A stretch of DNA of 64,000 nucleotides from Rhodospirillaceae bacterium (lineage in GTDB: Bacteria > Pseudomonadota > Alphaproteobacteria > GCA-2731375). The position numbers were made by a program, and so were the translations under genes. The DNA is taken from the NCBI GenBank assembly GCA_018701215.1, contig JABIWH010000044.1, positions 4,674 to 68,673 of the forward strand. Direction: 5' to 3'. The notes below the pieces were generated by a model that saw nothing but the letters and a program-made list of their open reading frames with translations, had not been told where the DNA came from and did not search any database. Positions 43,799 to 52,281 of the stretch are shown here, one piece after another (the first letter of the stretch is position 1; every line of letters starts with the position of its first letter).

Positions 43799-43917
43799 TA
43801 GCGCAATTTTCAATTAATCGGAGCCGCCACCGTAGTATATTTGGCGCGACGTAAGTAATTGGTTCAATTGCTCGATTCTTAAGAGTCTGAGCGCATTTTC
43901 TTCGAATGCGCTCTAGG
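43799..43917 (-). repeat. ~119-bp dispersed repeat, copy 2 (inverted relative to copy 1)
   Basis: The reverse complement aligns end to end with 13123-13243 at about 92% identity. It overlaps the last 13 codons (39 nt, including the stop) of the cyclase gene. Confidence 0.85.
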
Positions 43918-45645
43918 CGCCTTGACCCGGACGCGGCCGCCGCGGCGGCGCGGTTTGGCGGCGCCCGCCTCGGTCTGGGGCAGATCGCGGGCATCGGCGA
44001 TCAAATGCACGGCCATTGCCTCCGCCCGGCCCCGTACGGTGACCTCGCGCACCTCGAAGGCCGAAAGATCGGCACCGGCGCGCGCCGCGACAAAATCGGA
44101 AATCACCGCCTGTACCGCAAATTCCTTGGTCATGGTTTCCAGGCGGGACGCGGTATTGACCGTATCGCCAATGGCGGTGACCGTCGTGGCCGCGCCATAG
44201 CCCATTTCGCCGACGATGGCCGGGCCGGCGTGGATACCAATACCCATGCGTAGGGGCTGCTCCAGGTCGTGGCGCAGTTGATGGTTCAGATGCTCCAACG
44301 CCTGGGCCATGCCCGCTGCCGCTGCCAGGGCCTGGCGGCAGCCTGTTTCCAAATCCGACTGCACGCCAAACAACGCCATGACGCCGTCGCCGATGAATTT
44401 GTCCAGATGCCCGCCGGCGGCTTCAACCGCCTGGCCCATGCCGCGAAAGTACTGGTTCAGGGCGAAGACCACATCATAGGGCAGCTTGCTCTCGGAAAAC
44501 TGCGTGAACGATCGCAGATCGGCGAACAGCACCGCGATCTCCCGCTCGCTGCCTTGTAAATAGTTGGGCCGGGGCGCGCCGCTTTGCACCGCGACATTGG
44601 GCGGCAGCAGGGGTACCACGGCGACATCGGCCACGGGCCGCAACTGGCAGGCCAAGCGGACGCTGTCCGGCGCGCCGACGCGGGCCAGGACTTTTCGTTC
44701 GTCGTCGCCGGCGCCGGGCAGGGCGCTCAGACCATCGGCGATACGGACCCGGCAGGTGGAGCAGCGGCCCCGGCCGCCGCAGACCGAGGCATGGGCGATA
44801 CCGGCCAGGCGCGAGGCGTCCAGCACGCTCAACCCCGGCTCCACCGCGACTTCCTGGCCGTCGGGATAGGCAATGGTGATGCGGGCACCGCGCCGGGCCA
44901 ACAGATGCCGCAGCCATCGGCCCAGCAACAACAACGCCAAGACCACGGCGACGCCGATCTGAACATAGTCGGCGGTGCCGAAGGCAAAGCCTTTCAATTC
45001 AGCAATAGGCACGCTGAACTTGAAGGACGCAATCGCCGCGTTCATCCAGGCCTGATCCCGCGCCAACAGGGCGATCTGCTTGCCCACGCCCGCATAACCC
45101 GAGAGTGCGAGGGCCGGCAGCAAAAGCGCGCTAACGAACAGCCAGACGCGGGCGCGGTCATACCAGGGCTTCAAGCGCAGCCAATGGTGCATGCCGAGGC
45201 AGCCGTGGCCCCAAACAATCAACACGGCCGCGGCGGTGGTCCAGCCATACAACGGCTCAAAGACCCAAATACTTATGATCTCGTAAAGATAGCTGTCATT
45301 GATGCCAAAGAGCTCATGCAGGCCCCGGGTCGCCAGGATATGCACCGAAAGAAGAAAAGGGATGCACAGGGCCAGCACGATTTGCACTGCCTCGGATCGC
45401 GACATACGCAAGGTGCGCCGCCGCCAGATCGCCAGCAAGGCGGTCAGGATATGCAGTAGCATGGCGCCATAAAGCAGTATTGTCGCCGGCCAGTTGCGCC
45501 AGATGGCGGTGAAGACCTCGCGGCCCGCCTCCATCGCCTGCAGGGAAATATTGCCCAAGGCATGGTTGATGAAATGCATGCAGACGAATGTGAACAGGAC
45601 CAGACCGCTGCCCAGTCTTAGATTACGCGTCAAACCCGTGCCCAT
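43879..45645 (-). CDS. Membrane-anchored [2Fe-2S] ferredoxin-domain adenylate/guanylate cyclase
   Basis: 588 aa. About 6 TM helices with intramembrane His. Ferredoxin-type domain CGGRGRCSTCRV...LACQLRP. Class III cyclase domain (IAVLFADLRSFTQFSE...GIHAGPAIVGEMG...TAIGDTVNTASRLE). Confidence 0.88.
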   Translation of the reverse strand: MGTGLTRNLRLGSGLVLFTFVCMHFINHALGNISLQAMEAGREVFTAIWRNWPATILLYGAMLLHILTALLAIWRRRTLRMSRSEAVQIVLALCIPFLLSVHILATRGLHELFGINDSYLYEIISIWVFEPLYGWTTAAAVLIVWGHGCLGMHHWLRLKPWYDRARVWLFVSALLLPALALSGYAGVGKQIALLARDQAWMNAAIASFKFSVPIAELKGFAFGTADYVQIGVAVVLALLLLGRWLRHLLARRGARITIAYPDGQEVAVEPGLSVLDASRLAGIAHASVCGGRGRCSTCRVRIADGLSALPGAGDDERKVLARVGAPDSVRLACQLRPVADVAVVPLLPPNVAVQSGAPRPNYLQGSEREIAVLFADLRSFTQFSESKLPYDVVFALNQYFRGMGQAVEAAGGHLDKFIGDGVMALFGVQSDLETGCRQALAAAAGMAQALEHLNHQLRHDLEQPLRMGIGIHAGPAIVGEMGYGAATTVTAIGDTVNTASRLETMTKEFAVQAVISDFVAARAGADLSAFEVREVTVRGRAEAMAVHLIADARDLPQTEAGAAKPRRRGGRVRVKAPRAHSKKMRSDS

Positions 45646-45663
45646 TTTTCCCCGCGAGAATTC

Positions 45664-48492
45664 CTAATGCGCTTCGTCCCAATTATCGCCGACCCCGGCG
45701 TCGACAACCAAGGGCACGGATAGATGCGCCGCGCCTTCCATGACCCGCTTGGCCACCGCAACCGTTTCCTCGACCTCCCCCCCGGGCACCTCGAAGATTA
45801 GTTCATCGTGGACCTGCAACAGCATGGTGGCGTTCAGCTTTGCCGCCGCCAGGGCAGCCGGCATGGCGACCATGGCCCGGCGGATCACGTCCGCCGCCGA
45901 GCCTTGAATGGGCGCATTGATGGCGGCCCGTTCGTGAAAGCCGCGCCGCGCGCCGTTTTTGTCGTTGATGCCTGGCATATGCACCCGGCGGCCATGGATG
46001 GTTTCCACATAGCCGAGCTCGCGGCAACTTTCCTTGGTCTTCTCCATATAGTCGCGGATACCGGGGTAGCGTTCGAAATAGGCGTTGATGTAATCCTGGG
46101 CCTCACCCCGGGCGATGCCCAGATTATTGGCCAGGCCAAAGGCGGAAATGCCATAGATGATGCCGAAATTGATTGCCTTGGCCCGGCGCCGGATCATCGG
46201 GTCCATATCCTCGATGGGCAGATCAAAAACCTGCGCCGCGGTCATGGCGTGGATATCCAGGCCATCGTGAAAGGCCTGCCGCAGGGCGGTGATATCGGCG
46301 ATATGGGCCAGAATGCGCAATTCGATCTGAGAGTAATCCGCGCTCAACAGTTTATGCCCGGGCGCGGCGATAAAGGCCTTGCGGATGCGCCGGCCTTCCT
46401 CGGTACGGACGGGAATATTCTGCAGGTTCGGATCGGTGGAGGCCAGACGTCCGGTCGATGTGGCGGCCATGGCATACGAGGTATGGACCCGGCCCGTGAC
46501 CCCGTTGATCTGGTTTTGCAGGGCATCGGTATAGGTGCTTTTCAACTTCGCCAGCTGGCGGTATTCCAATACGCGGACGGGCAGATCATGGCCTTGCGCA
46601 GCCAGGCCTTCCAGAACATCCGCCCCGGTGCCATAGGCCCCGGTCTTGGTCTTCTTACCGCCGGGTATGGACATTTTATCGAACAGGATTTCGCCCAGCT
46701 GTTTCGGCGAATTGACGTTGAAGGCCTCGCCGGCCAGCTCGTGGATCTGTCCTTCCAAGGTAACGATCCGGCCGGCGAAGTCGGCGGACAGCCGCGCCAG
46801 CTCGGCCCGGTCGACCAGAATACCGGCCTGCTCCATATCCACCAGCACCGGCACTAGGGGCCGTTCAAGGGTTTCATAGACCGTGGTCTTGCGCGCGCTC
46901 AGCAATTGCGGTTTCAGGTGCCGGTACAGGCGCAGGGTCAGGTCCGCATCCTCGGCCGCGTACTCCACCGCCTTCTCCAAAGGCACCTGATCAAAGGTGA
47001 TCCGGGCCTTGCCGCTGCCGGCCACTTCCTTGAACGGGATCGGCGCGATATCCAGATGTAGTTTGGACAGCTCGTCCATGCCATGGCCGTGCATACCGCC
47101 TTCCGTCACGTAGGACAGCAACATGGTGTCGTCAAACGGCGTGATTTCAATGTCATAGCGGCGCAAGACCAGCATATCGTACTTCAGGTTCTGCCCGACT
47201 TTCAGCACCGATGGATCCGCCAGCAGGGGGCGCAGCAGATCCAGGGCCTGATCCAACGGGATCTGTTCGGGTGCCGTATCCTTCGTGCCGCCCAAATCCA
47301 GCTCGCCTTCGGGCCCCGGGCCCTTGTGGCCCAGGGGAATGTAGCAAGCCTGGCCCGGCGTCACCGAGAGCGAGACCCCCACCAGATCCGCCGCCATGGC
47401 GTCCAGGGAGGTGGTTTCCGTATCCACCGCCACCACGCCGGCGGTCCGCGCCCGTTCTATCCATGGCTCTAGATCAGCGAGACTTTGGATGCATTGATAA
47501 TCCAGTTCCGCCGCCGCCTCGGCCGCAGCCGGCACTGCAATGCTGGGTATCTCGCCGCCCAAGCGTTGGGCGATGCGCCCGGCCAGGCGCTCCAAACCCA
47601 TCTCGGCCATGAAGCCCAGCAATATGTCTGCCTCCGGCTCGCGCAGGTTCAGATCATCCAGACTTTGCTCAACCGGGACATCATCCTTCAAGGTCACCAA
47701 TTCCCGGCTGACCCGGGCCAGATCGGCATGTTCGATCAAGCTCTGCCGCCGTTTCGGTTGCTTGATTTCCTCGGCTCGCGCCAACACTCCATCCAGGTCG
47801 CCATATTCGTTGATCAACAATGCGGCGGTCTTGACGCCGATGCCGGGCACGCCGGGCACGTTGTCCGTGGCATCGCCGCACAGCGCCTGCACATCGATGA
47901 CTTTGTCGGGGCCGACACCAAATTTCTCATGCACCTCGTCCGGGCCGATCCGGCGCTGCTTCATGGGGTCGTGCATGACCACGCCGCCACCGACCAACTG
48001 CATCAGATCCTTGTCGGAACTGACGATGGTGACCTGCATGCCGGCCTCCCTGGCCTGGCGGGCATAGGTGGCGATGATATCATCCGCCTCGAACCCCGGC
48101 ATTTCGATGGTCGCCAGATTGAAGGCCTCGCTGGCCCGTTTGACCAACGGAAACTGCGGTACCAGGTCTTCCGGCGCCGGCGGACGGTGGGCCTTGTATT
48201 CAGGATAAATGTCGTTGCGGAAAGTCTTGCGCGCGGCATCAAAGATCACCGCGAAATAATCCGCTTCGCCGTCTTCGCGCACATCGTCCACCAGTTTGGA
48301 CAGCATATTGCAAAAGCCAGAAACGGCGCCGATGGGCAGTCCATCACTCTTACGGGTCAGCGGCGGCAGGGCATGATAGGCGCGGAAGATATAGGCGGAG
48401 CCATCGACCAGATAAAGATGACCGGGTTGCCCGCCGCCCGCCCCGTATTTGCTGGAGGACTGGGTGGAGGTATTGCTGTTTTGCTCGCTCAT
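45664..48492 (-). CDS. polA: DNA polymerase I
   Basis: 942 aa. 5'-nuclease N-terminus, 3'-5' exonuclease domain, and polymerase motifs DYSQIELR, RRRAKAINFGIIYG, QVHDEL. Confidence 0.97.
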   Translation of the reverse strand: MSEQNSNTSTQSSSKYGAGGGQPGHLYLVDGSAYIFRAYHALPPLTRKSDGLPIGAVSGFCNMLSKLVDDVREDGEADYFAVIFDAARKTFRNDIYPEYKAHRPPAPEDLVPQFPLVKRASEAFNLATIEMPGFEADDIIATYARQAREAGMQVTIVSSDKDLMQLVGGGVVMHDPMKQRRIGPDEVHEKFGVGPDKVIDVQALCGDATDNVPGVPGIGVKTAALLINEYGDLDGVLARAEEIKQPKRRQSLIEHADLARVSRELVTLKDDVPVEQSLDDLNLREPEADILLGFMAEMGLERLAGRIAQRLGGEIPSIAVPAAAEAAAELDYQCIQSLADLEPWIERARTAGVVAVDTETTSLDAMAADLVGVSLSVTPGQACYIPLGHKGPGPEGELDLGGTKDTAPEQIPLDQALDLLRPLLADPSVLKVGQNLKYDMLVLRRYDIEITPFDDTMLLSYVTEGGMHGHGMDELSKLHLDIAPIPFKEVAGSGKARITFDQVPLEKAVEYAAEDADLTLRLYRHLKPQLLSARKTTVYETLERPLVPVLVDMEQAGILVDRAELARLSADFAGRIVTLEGQIHELAGEAFNVNSPKQLGEILFDKMSIPGGKKTKTGAYGTGADVLEGLAAQGHDLPVRVLEYRQLAKLKSTYTDALQNQINGVTGRVHTSYAMAATSTGRLASTDPNLQNIPVRTEEGRRIRKAFIAAPGHKLLSADYSQIELRILAHIADITALRQAFHDGLDIHAMTAAQVFDLPIEDMDPMIRRRAKAINFGIIYGISAFGLANNLGIARGEAQDYINAYFERYPGIRDYMEKTKESCRELGYVETIHGRRVHMPGINDKNGARRGFHERAAINAPIQGSAADVIRRAMVAMPAALAAAKLNATMLLQVHDELIFEVPGGEVEETVAVAKRVMEGAAHLSVPLVVDAGVGDNWDEAH

Positions 48493-48667
48493 GACGCCAC
48501 TATGCCATGGCGCGGCCCAAGGTGGAATGATGTCAATGCGCAGCCGGTAAAATCAATTGTCAAATTCAGGCATAAGATGACACGCTATATGGCGTAGTCC
48601 GAAATATATTGATTTTCTAATAAAAATACAAAATTGTTACAAAGTAATTATTTATTAATATGTCTCT

Positions 48668-48812
48668 CCTATTTTACAGGATGTTCGATGCGTACCAGGC
48701 GAACAAATCCATCAGCCGATTCCGTCCGGGCTGATGTCGCTGAGCCGGGTTCCCTCCTCCTCCGGCGCAGCCCTTGGTTGGGCGCCGTGGCTAACAGCCA
48801 TGGCGCCCTTTC
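48668..48812 (+). ncRNA. Candidate cuckoo/CcsR-type sRNA, copy A (CCCUCCUCCU loop)
   Basis: HP1 48711-48735; HP2 48744-48766 (loop GUUCCCUCCUCCU); HP3 48780-48808 (11-bp GC stem) followed by UUUC. Putative promoter TTGTTA(48634)-N16-TAATAT. Paralogue at 49745-49890. The 5' end is estimated. Confidence 0.5.
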
Positions 48813-48862
48813 AACTTTCTGGGCCACAATTCCAGGCAAGCTGCTGAAAAGCTTGAGAATCA

Positions 48863-49615
48863 CTAAAATTCAATAGTCATGCCGTCGTAAGCCGGCTCCA
48901 CCCCCGCCGGCAGCTCGGCGCACAGGGTTGCATAGTCCATATCCCAAGTCATGTGGGTCAGGATCGCCCGCTTGGGCCGCAACCTATCGATCCATTCCAG
49001 GGTTCGGGCCAGATGGCTGTGGGTTGGGTGCGGTTTTGGGCGCAGCGCATCAACGATCCAAACATCCAGATCCTGTAACATTTCGAACGCGGCATCCGGC
49101 AGACCGCTCAAATCCGTGGAATAGGCCATGCCGCCGAAACGGAAACCCAGGCTTTCCATGGCGCCGTGGTTTTGCCGGAACGGCAGAATATCAATGTCGC
49201 CCACGGCGAAGGGGCCAGCAATAAGGTGTGCCGTGGCGATGGCGGGATAGCTCCCGGTGCTGGCGAAGATATAGCTGAACCGCTGTTGCAAACTGGCCAG
49301 GGTAGGGGCATCGGCATATATCGGCGTGCGTGTACCCTGCAGCAGGGTAAAGCCGCGCAGATCATCGATGCCATTGACGTGATCGGCATGGTCGTGCGTG
49401 TAAAGGGCGCCGTCAAGATGCTGGAGATTGATGTCCAGGCATTGTTCCCGCATGTCCGGCGTGGTGTCGACGATCAGGTTGGTGCTCTCGCTTTGTACCA
49501 GGATCGAAGAGCGGCGGCGGCGGTTCCTCGGCTCGGCCGGATCGCAGACGCCCCAGACATTGCCGATCCGGGGCACCCCGCCGGAGGTGCCGCAGCCAAG
49601 CACAGTTACCCGCAT
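48863..49615 (-). CDS. MBL-fold metallo-hydrolase (PhnP/GPMBL-like)
   Basis: MRVTVLGCGTSGGVPR...YTHDHADHVNG (HxHxDH). Start set at ATG 49615; the longest ORF extends to 49693. Confidence 0.88.
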   Translation of the reverse strand: MRVTVLGCGTSGGVPRIGNVWGVCDPAEPRNRRRRSSILVQSESTNLIVDTTPDMREQCLDINLQHLDGALYTHDHADHVNGIDDLRGFTLLQGTRTPIYADAPTLASLQQRFSYIFASTGSYPAIATAHLIAGPFAVGDIDILPFRQNHGAMESLGFRFGGMAYSTDLSGLPDAAFEMLQDLDVWIVDALRPKPHPTHSHLARTLEWIDRLRPKRAILTHMTWDMDYATLCAELPAGVEPAYDGMTIEF

Positions 49616-49744
49616 ACTGGAGCCAATCCACGATAACAGGAATTGCACGTAGTCATATTGGCATAGCCCAATCTTAATAAAAAACTTCGGCAAACATTAT
49701 GGATATACGCCGATAGTAATGTTTTATTAATTTTACAACTCCAA

Positions 49745-49890
49745 TCTATGCATCCGTTCGTTTCCCATAACGAATGCGGATTGAGCACCAGCCATATCCG
49801 TCTTGGCTGGCGCTGCCAGGCCGGGCCTCCTCCTCCCCCGGCATGGCGTTTCAAGGGGCGCCGCGGCATACACCGCGGCGCCCTTTCCCT
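49745..49890 (+). ncRNA. Candidate cuckoo/CcsR-type sRNA, copy B (CCUCCUCCUCC loop)
   Basis: HP1 49788-49810; HP2 49820-49842 (GCCGGG/CCCGGC, loop CCUCCUCCUCC); HP3 49856-49883 (perfect 11-bp GC stem) followed by UUUCCC. Orientation is opposite to flanking tatD and the MBL gene. The 5' end is estimated. Confidence 0.5.
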
Positions 49891-49892
49891 TA

Positions 49893-50699
49893 TCAGGCAA
49901 TGGATTTGTCGCCGCCTGCTGTCGAAGCCTTTGTGAACAAACGGAAAAAATTGGCCGTGCTCTGTTCCGCCATCTCCCTGCCGGTTACACCGCGCAGCTC
50001 GGCCAGCTTGTTGGCCGTGTTGGCGACAAAGGCGGGTTCGTTGTCCTTGCCGCGATGGGGAACAGGCGCCAGATAGGGCGCATCTGTTTCCACCAACAAA
50101 CGGTCCAGCGGCGTTTCCAGCGCCACCGCGCGGACCTCGTCGGCATTCTTGAAGGTGAGGATGCCGCTGAACGAGATATAAAAGCCCAAGGCCAGGGCGG
50201 CGCGGGCCAATTCCTGACCGGAAGAGAAACAATGCAGCACGCCGGGGAACGGCCCCTTGGCCGTTTCATCCTGCAATATGGCGATCATCTCGTCATCGGC
50301 GGCCCGGCTATGTACGATCAGGGGCAGACCGGTTTCCCGGGCGGCGGCGATATGGCGGCGAAACAATTCTGCCTGAATGTCACGGGGGCTCTTGTCGTAG
50401 TGAAAGTCGAGACCGGATTCACCAATCCCCACCACCTTGTCATGGCCGGCCAGCTCTATCAGGCGGTCGGTGCTCAGGTCCGGCTCCTCGGCCGCGCTAT
50501 GGGGATGCAGACCGACCGAGCAGTAGACATTATCGAAAGCCTCGGCAATAGCCAGGATATCGGCGAAACGCTCGACCCGGGTACAGATCGTGACCATCGT
50601 TCCGACGCCGGCCGCCGCCGCCCGCGCCATCACGCCATCCAGATCTTCGCTCAGAGAGGGAAAATCCAGATGGCAATGACTATCGACCAGCAGGCTCAA
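49893..50699 (-). CDS. tatD: TatD-family metal-dependent hydrolase (DNase)
   Basis: LVDSHCHLDF.... TTG start overlaps the metG stop (TTGA). Confidence 0.9.
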   Translation of the reverse strand: MSLLVDSHCHLDFPSLSEDLDGVMARAAAAGVGTMVTICTRVERFADILAIAEAFDNVYCSVGLHPHSAAEEPDLSTDRLIELAGHDKVVGIGESGLDFHYDKSPRDIQAELFRRHIAAARETGLPLIVHSRAADDEMIAILQDETAKGPFPGVLHCFSSGQELARAALALGFYISFSGILTFKNADEVRAVALETPLDRLLVETDAPYLAPVPHRGKDNEPAFVANTANKLAELRGVTGREMAEQSTANFFRLFTKASTAGGDKSIA

Positions 50700-52252
50700 G
50701 CGTCTTCCTCCGCGCCGCTATAACGGGGAAAGATCCCTTGCGGTTTTGGCAGCGCCGTGCCTGGCAGCAGCATTTCCTGATCGCCCAGACTATCGAAGCT
50801 GCGTTGCTGCTCTGGAACGGCCAGTTGATCCAGCATCCTGGCCGCCGCATCGGGCACCACGGGCTGGGCCAGAATGGCCAGATGGCGGATCACCTCGGCC
50901 AGCACGTACAACACCGTCGCCATGCGCTCGGGATCGGTTTTCTTCAGGCCCCAAGGCGCCTGGGCATCCACATAGCGGTTGGCATCGCCCACCACCTCCC
51001 ACATTGCCGTCAGGGCATGATGGATGCCCTGTACGTCCATTGCCGCGCGCATCTTATCCACCAGCTCCCGCGCCGTGACCAGCAGGGCACCGTCATCGAC
51101 GCTCAACAGTGCGGGCGTCGGCACCGTGCCTTCGCAATTCTTGTTGATCATGGACAACACGCGCTGGGCCAGATTGCCGAAATCATTGGCCAGATCGCTG
51201 TTCATGCGGTTGACCATGGCGCCATGGGAAAAATTGCCGTCGTTGCCGAACGGCAGCTCCCGCATCATGAAATAACGCGTTTGATCCAGACCGTATTTAT
51301 CCACCAGGTCCTGTGGCGGGATGAAATTGCCCAGGGATTTGGACATTTTCTGCCCTTCCACGGTCCACCAGCCATGGGCGAAAATGCGCTTGGGCGGGGC
51401 CAGGCCGGCGGACATCAGAAAGGCCGGCCAATAGACCGCGTGAAAACGCAGGATATCCTTGCCCACCATGTGCACATCCGCCGGCCAATAGGTCTTGAAG
51501 CTATCGGCATCGGTATCGGGATAGCCGACGGCGGTCAGATAGTTGGTCAAGGCATCGACCCAGACATACATGATATGGGCATCGTCGCCCGGCACCGGCA
51601 CGCCCCATTTGAACGATGTGCGCGAGATCGAGAGATCCCTGAGGCCGCTTTTGACGAAGCTGATAACCTCGTTGCGCCGGCTTTGCGGCAGAATACGGCC
51701 CGGATCCTCGTCATAGTAGGCCAACAACCGGTCCTGCCATTCCGAGAGCCGGAAGAAATAGCTCGGCTCCTCCACCCATTCCACCGGCGCGCCGAAGGGC
51801 GAGAGCTTCTCGCCATTGGCGCCGTCCGTCAGCTCGTCCTCGGCGTAATAAGCCTCGTCACGGACGGAATACCAGCCGGCATAGCTGTCCAAATAGATGT
51901 CACCATTGTCCGCCATGGCCTGCCAGATCGCCTGGGAAGCCTGGGTGTGGCGGTCCTCGGTGGTGCGGATAAAGCCATCATTGGTGAAATTCAGCATCGG
52001 CGTCAGATCACGGAAATTCTGCGAGACGCCGTCGCAAAAGGCCAAGGGCTCCACGCCCGCCGCCTGCGCCGATTTTTCGACCTTTTGGCCGTGCTCGTCG
52101 GTGCCGGTCATGAACATCACGTCGCGGCCATCCAGGCGCATGAAGCGGGCGATCACGTCACAGGCCAGCGTGGTGTAGGCATGGCCGATATGGGGTTTGT
52201 CGTTGACGTAATAAATCGGCGTCGTGATGTAATAGGCTTTGGCCTCGGCCAT
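50696..52252 (-). CDS. metG: Methionine--tRNA ligase
   Basis: YYITTPIYYVNDKPHIGHAYT (HIGH) and KMSKSLGN. Start set at MAEAKAYY; the longest ORF extends to 52390. Confidence 0.96.
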   Translation of the reverse strand: MAEAKAYYITTPIYYVNDKPHIGHAYTTLACDVIARFMRLDGRDVMFMTGTDEHGQKVEKSAQAAGVEPLAFCDGVSQNFRDLTPMLNFTNDGFIRTTEDRHTQASQAIWQAMADNGDIYLDSYAGWYSVRDEAYYAEDELTDGANGEKLSPFGAPVEWVEEPSYFFRLSEWQDRLLAYYDEDPGRILPQSRRNEVISFVKSGLRDLSISRTSFKWGVPVPGDDAHIMYVWVDALTNYLTAVGYPDTDADSFKTYWPADVHMVGKDILRFHAVYWPAFLMSAGLAPPKRIFAHGWWTVEGQKMSKSLGNFIPPQDLVDKYGLDQTRYFMMRELPFGNDGNFSHGAMVNRMNSDLANDFGNLAQRVLSMINKNCEGTVPTPALLSVDDGALLVTARELVDKMRAAMDVQGIHHALTAMWEVVGDANRYVDAQAPWGLKKTDPERMATVLYVLAEVIRHLAILAQPVVPDAAARMLDQLAVPEQQRSFDSLGDQEMLLPGTALPKPQGIFPRYSGAEEDA

Positions 52253-52281
52253 TCGCTCTGATCCTATGCTGATAATCGGTA

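Noticed and set aside
48634-48876. 80-aa ORF across sRNA candidate A, and a 62-aa ORF (49748..49936) across candidate B
   Set aside because: The two loci are homologous at the nucleotide and hairpin level, but the translated peptides are unrelated (GSLLLRRSPWLGAV versus GPPPPPAWRFKG). Substitutions preserve base-pairing rather than codons, and there is no Shine-Dalgarno.
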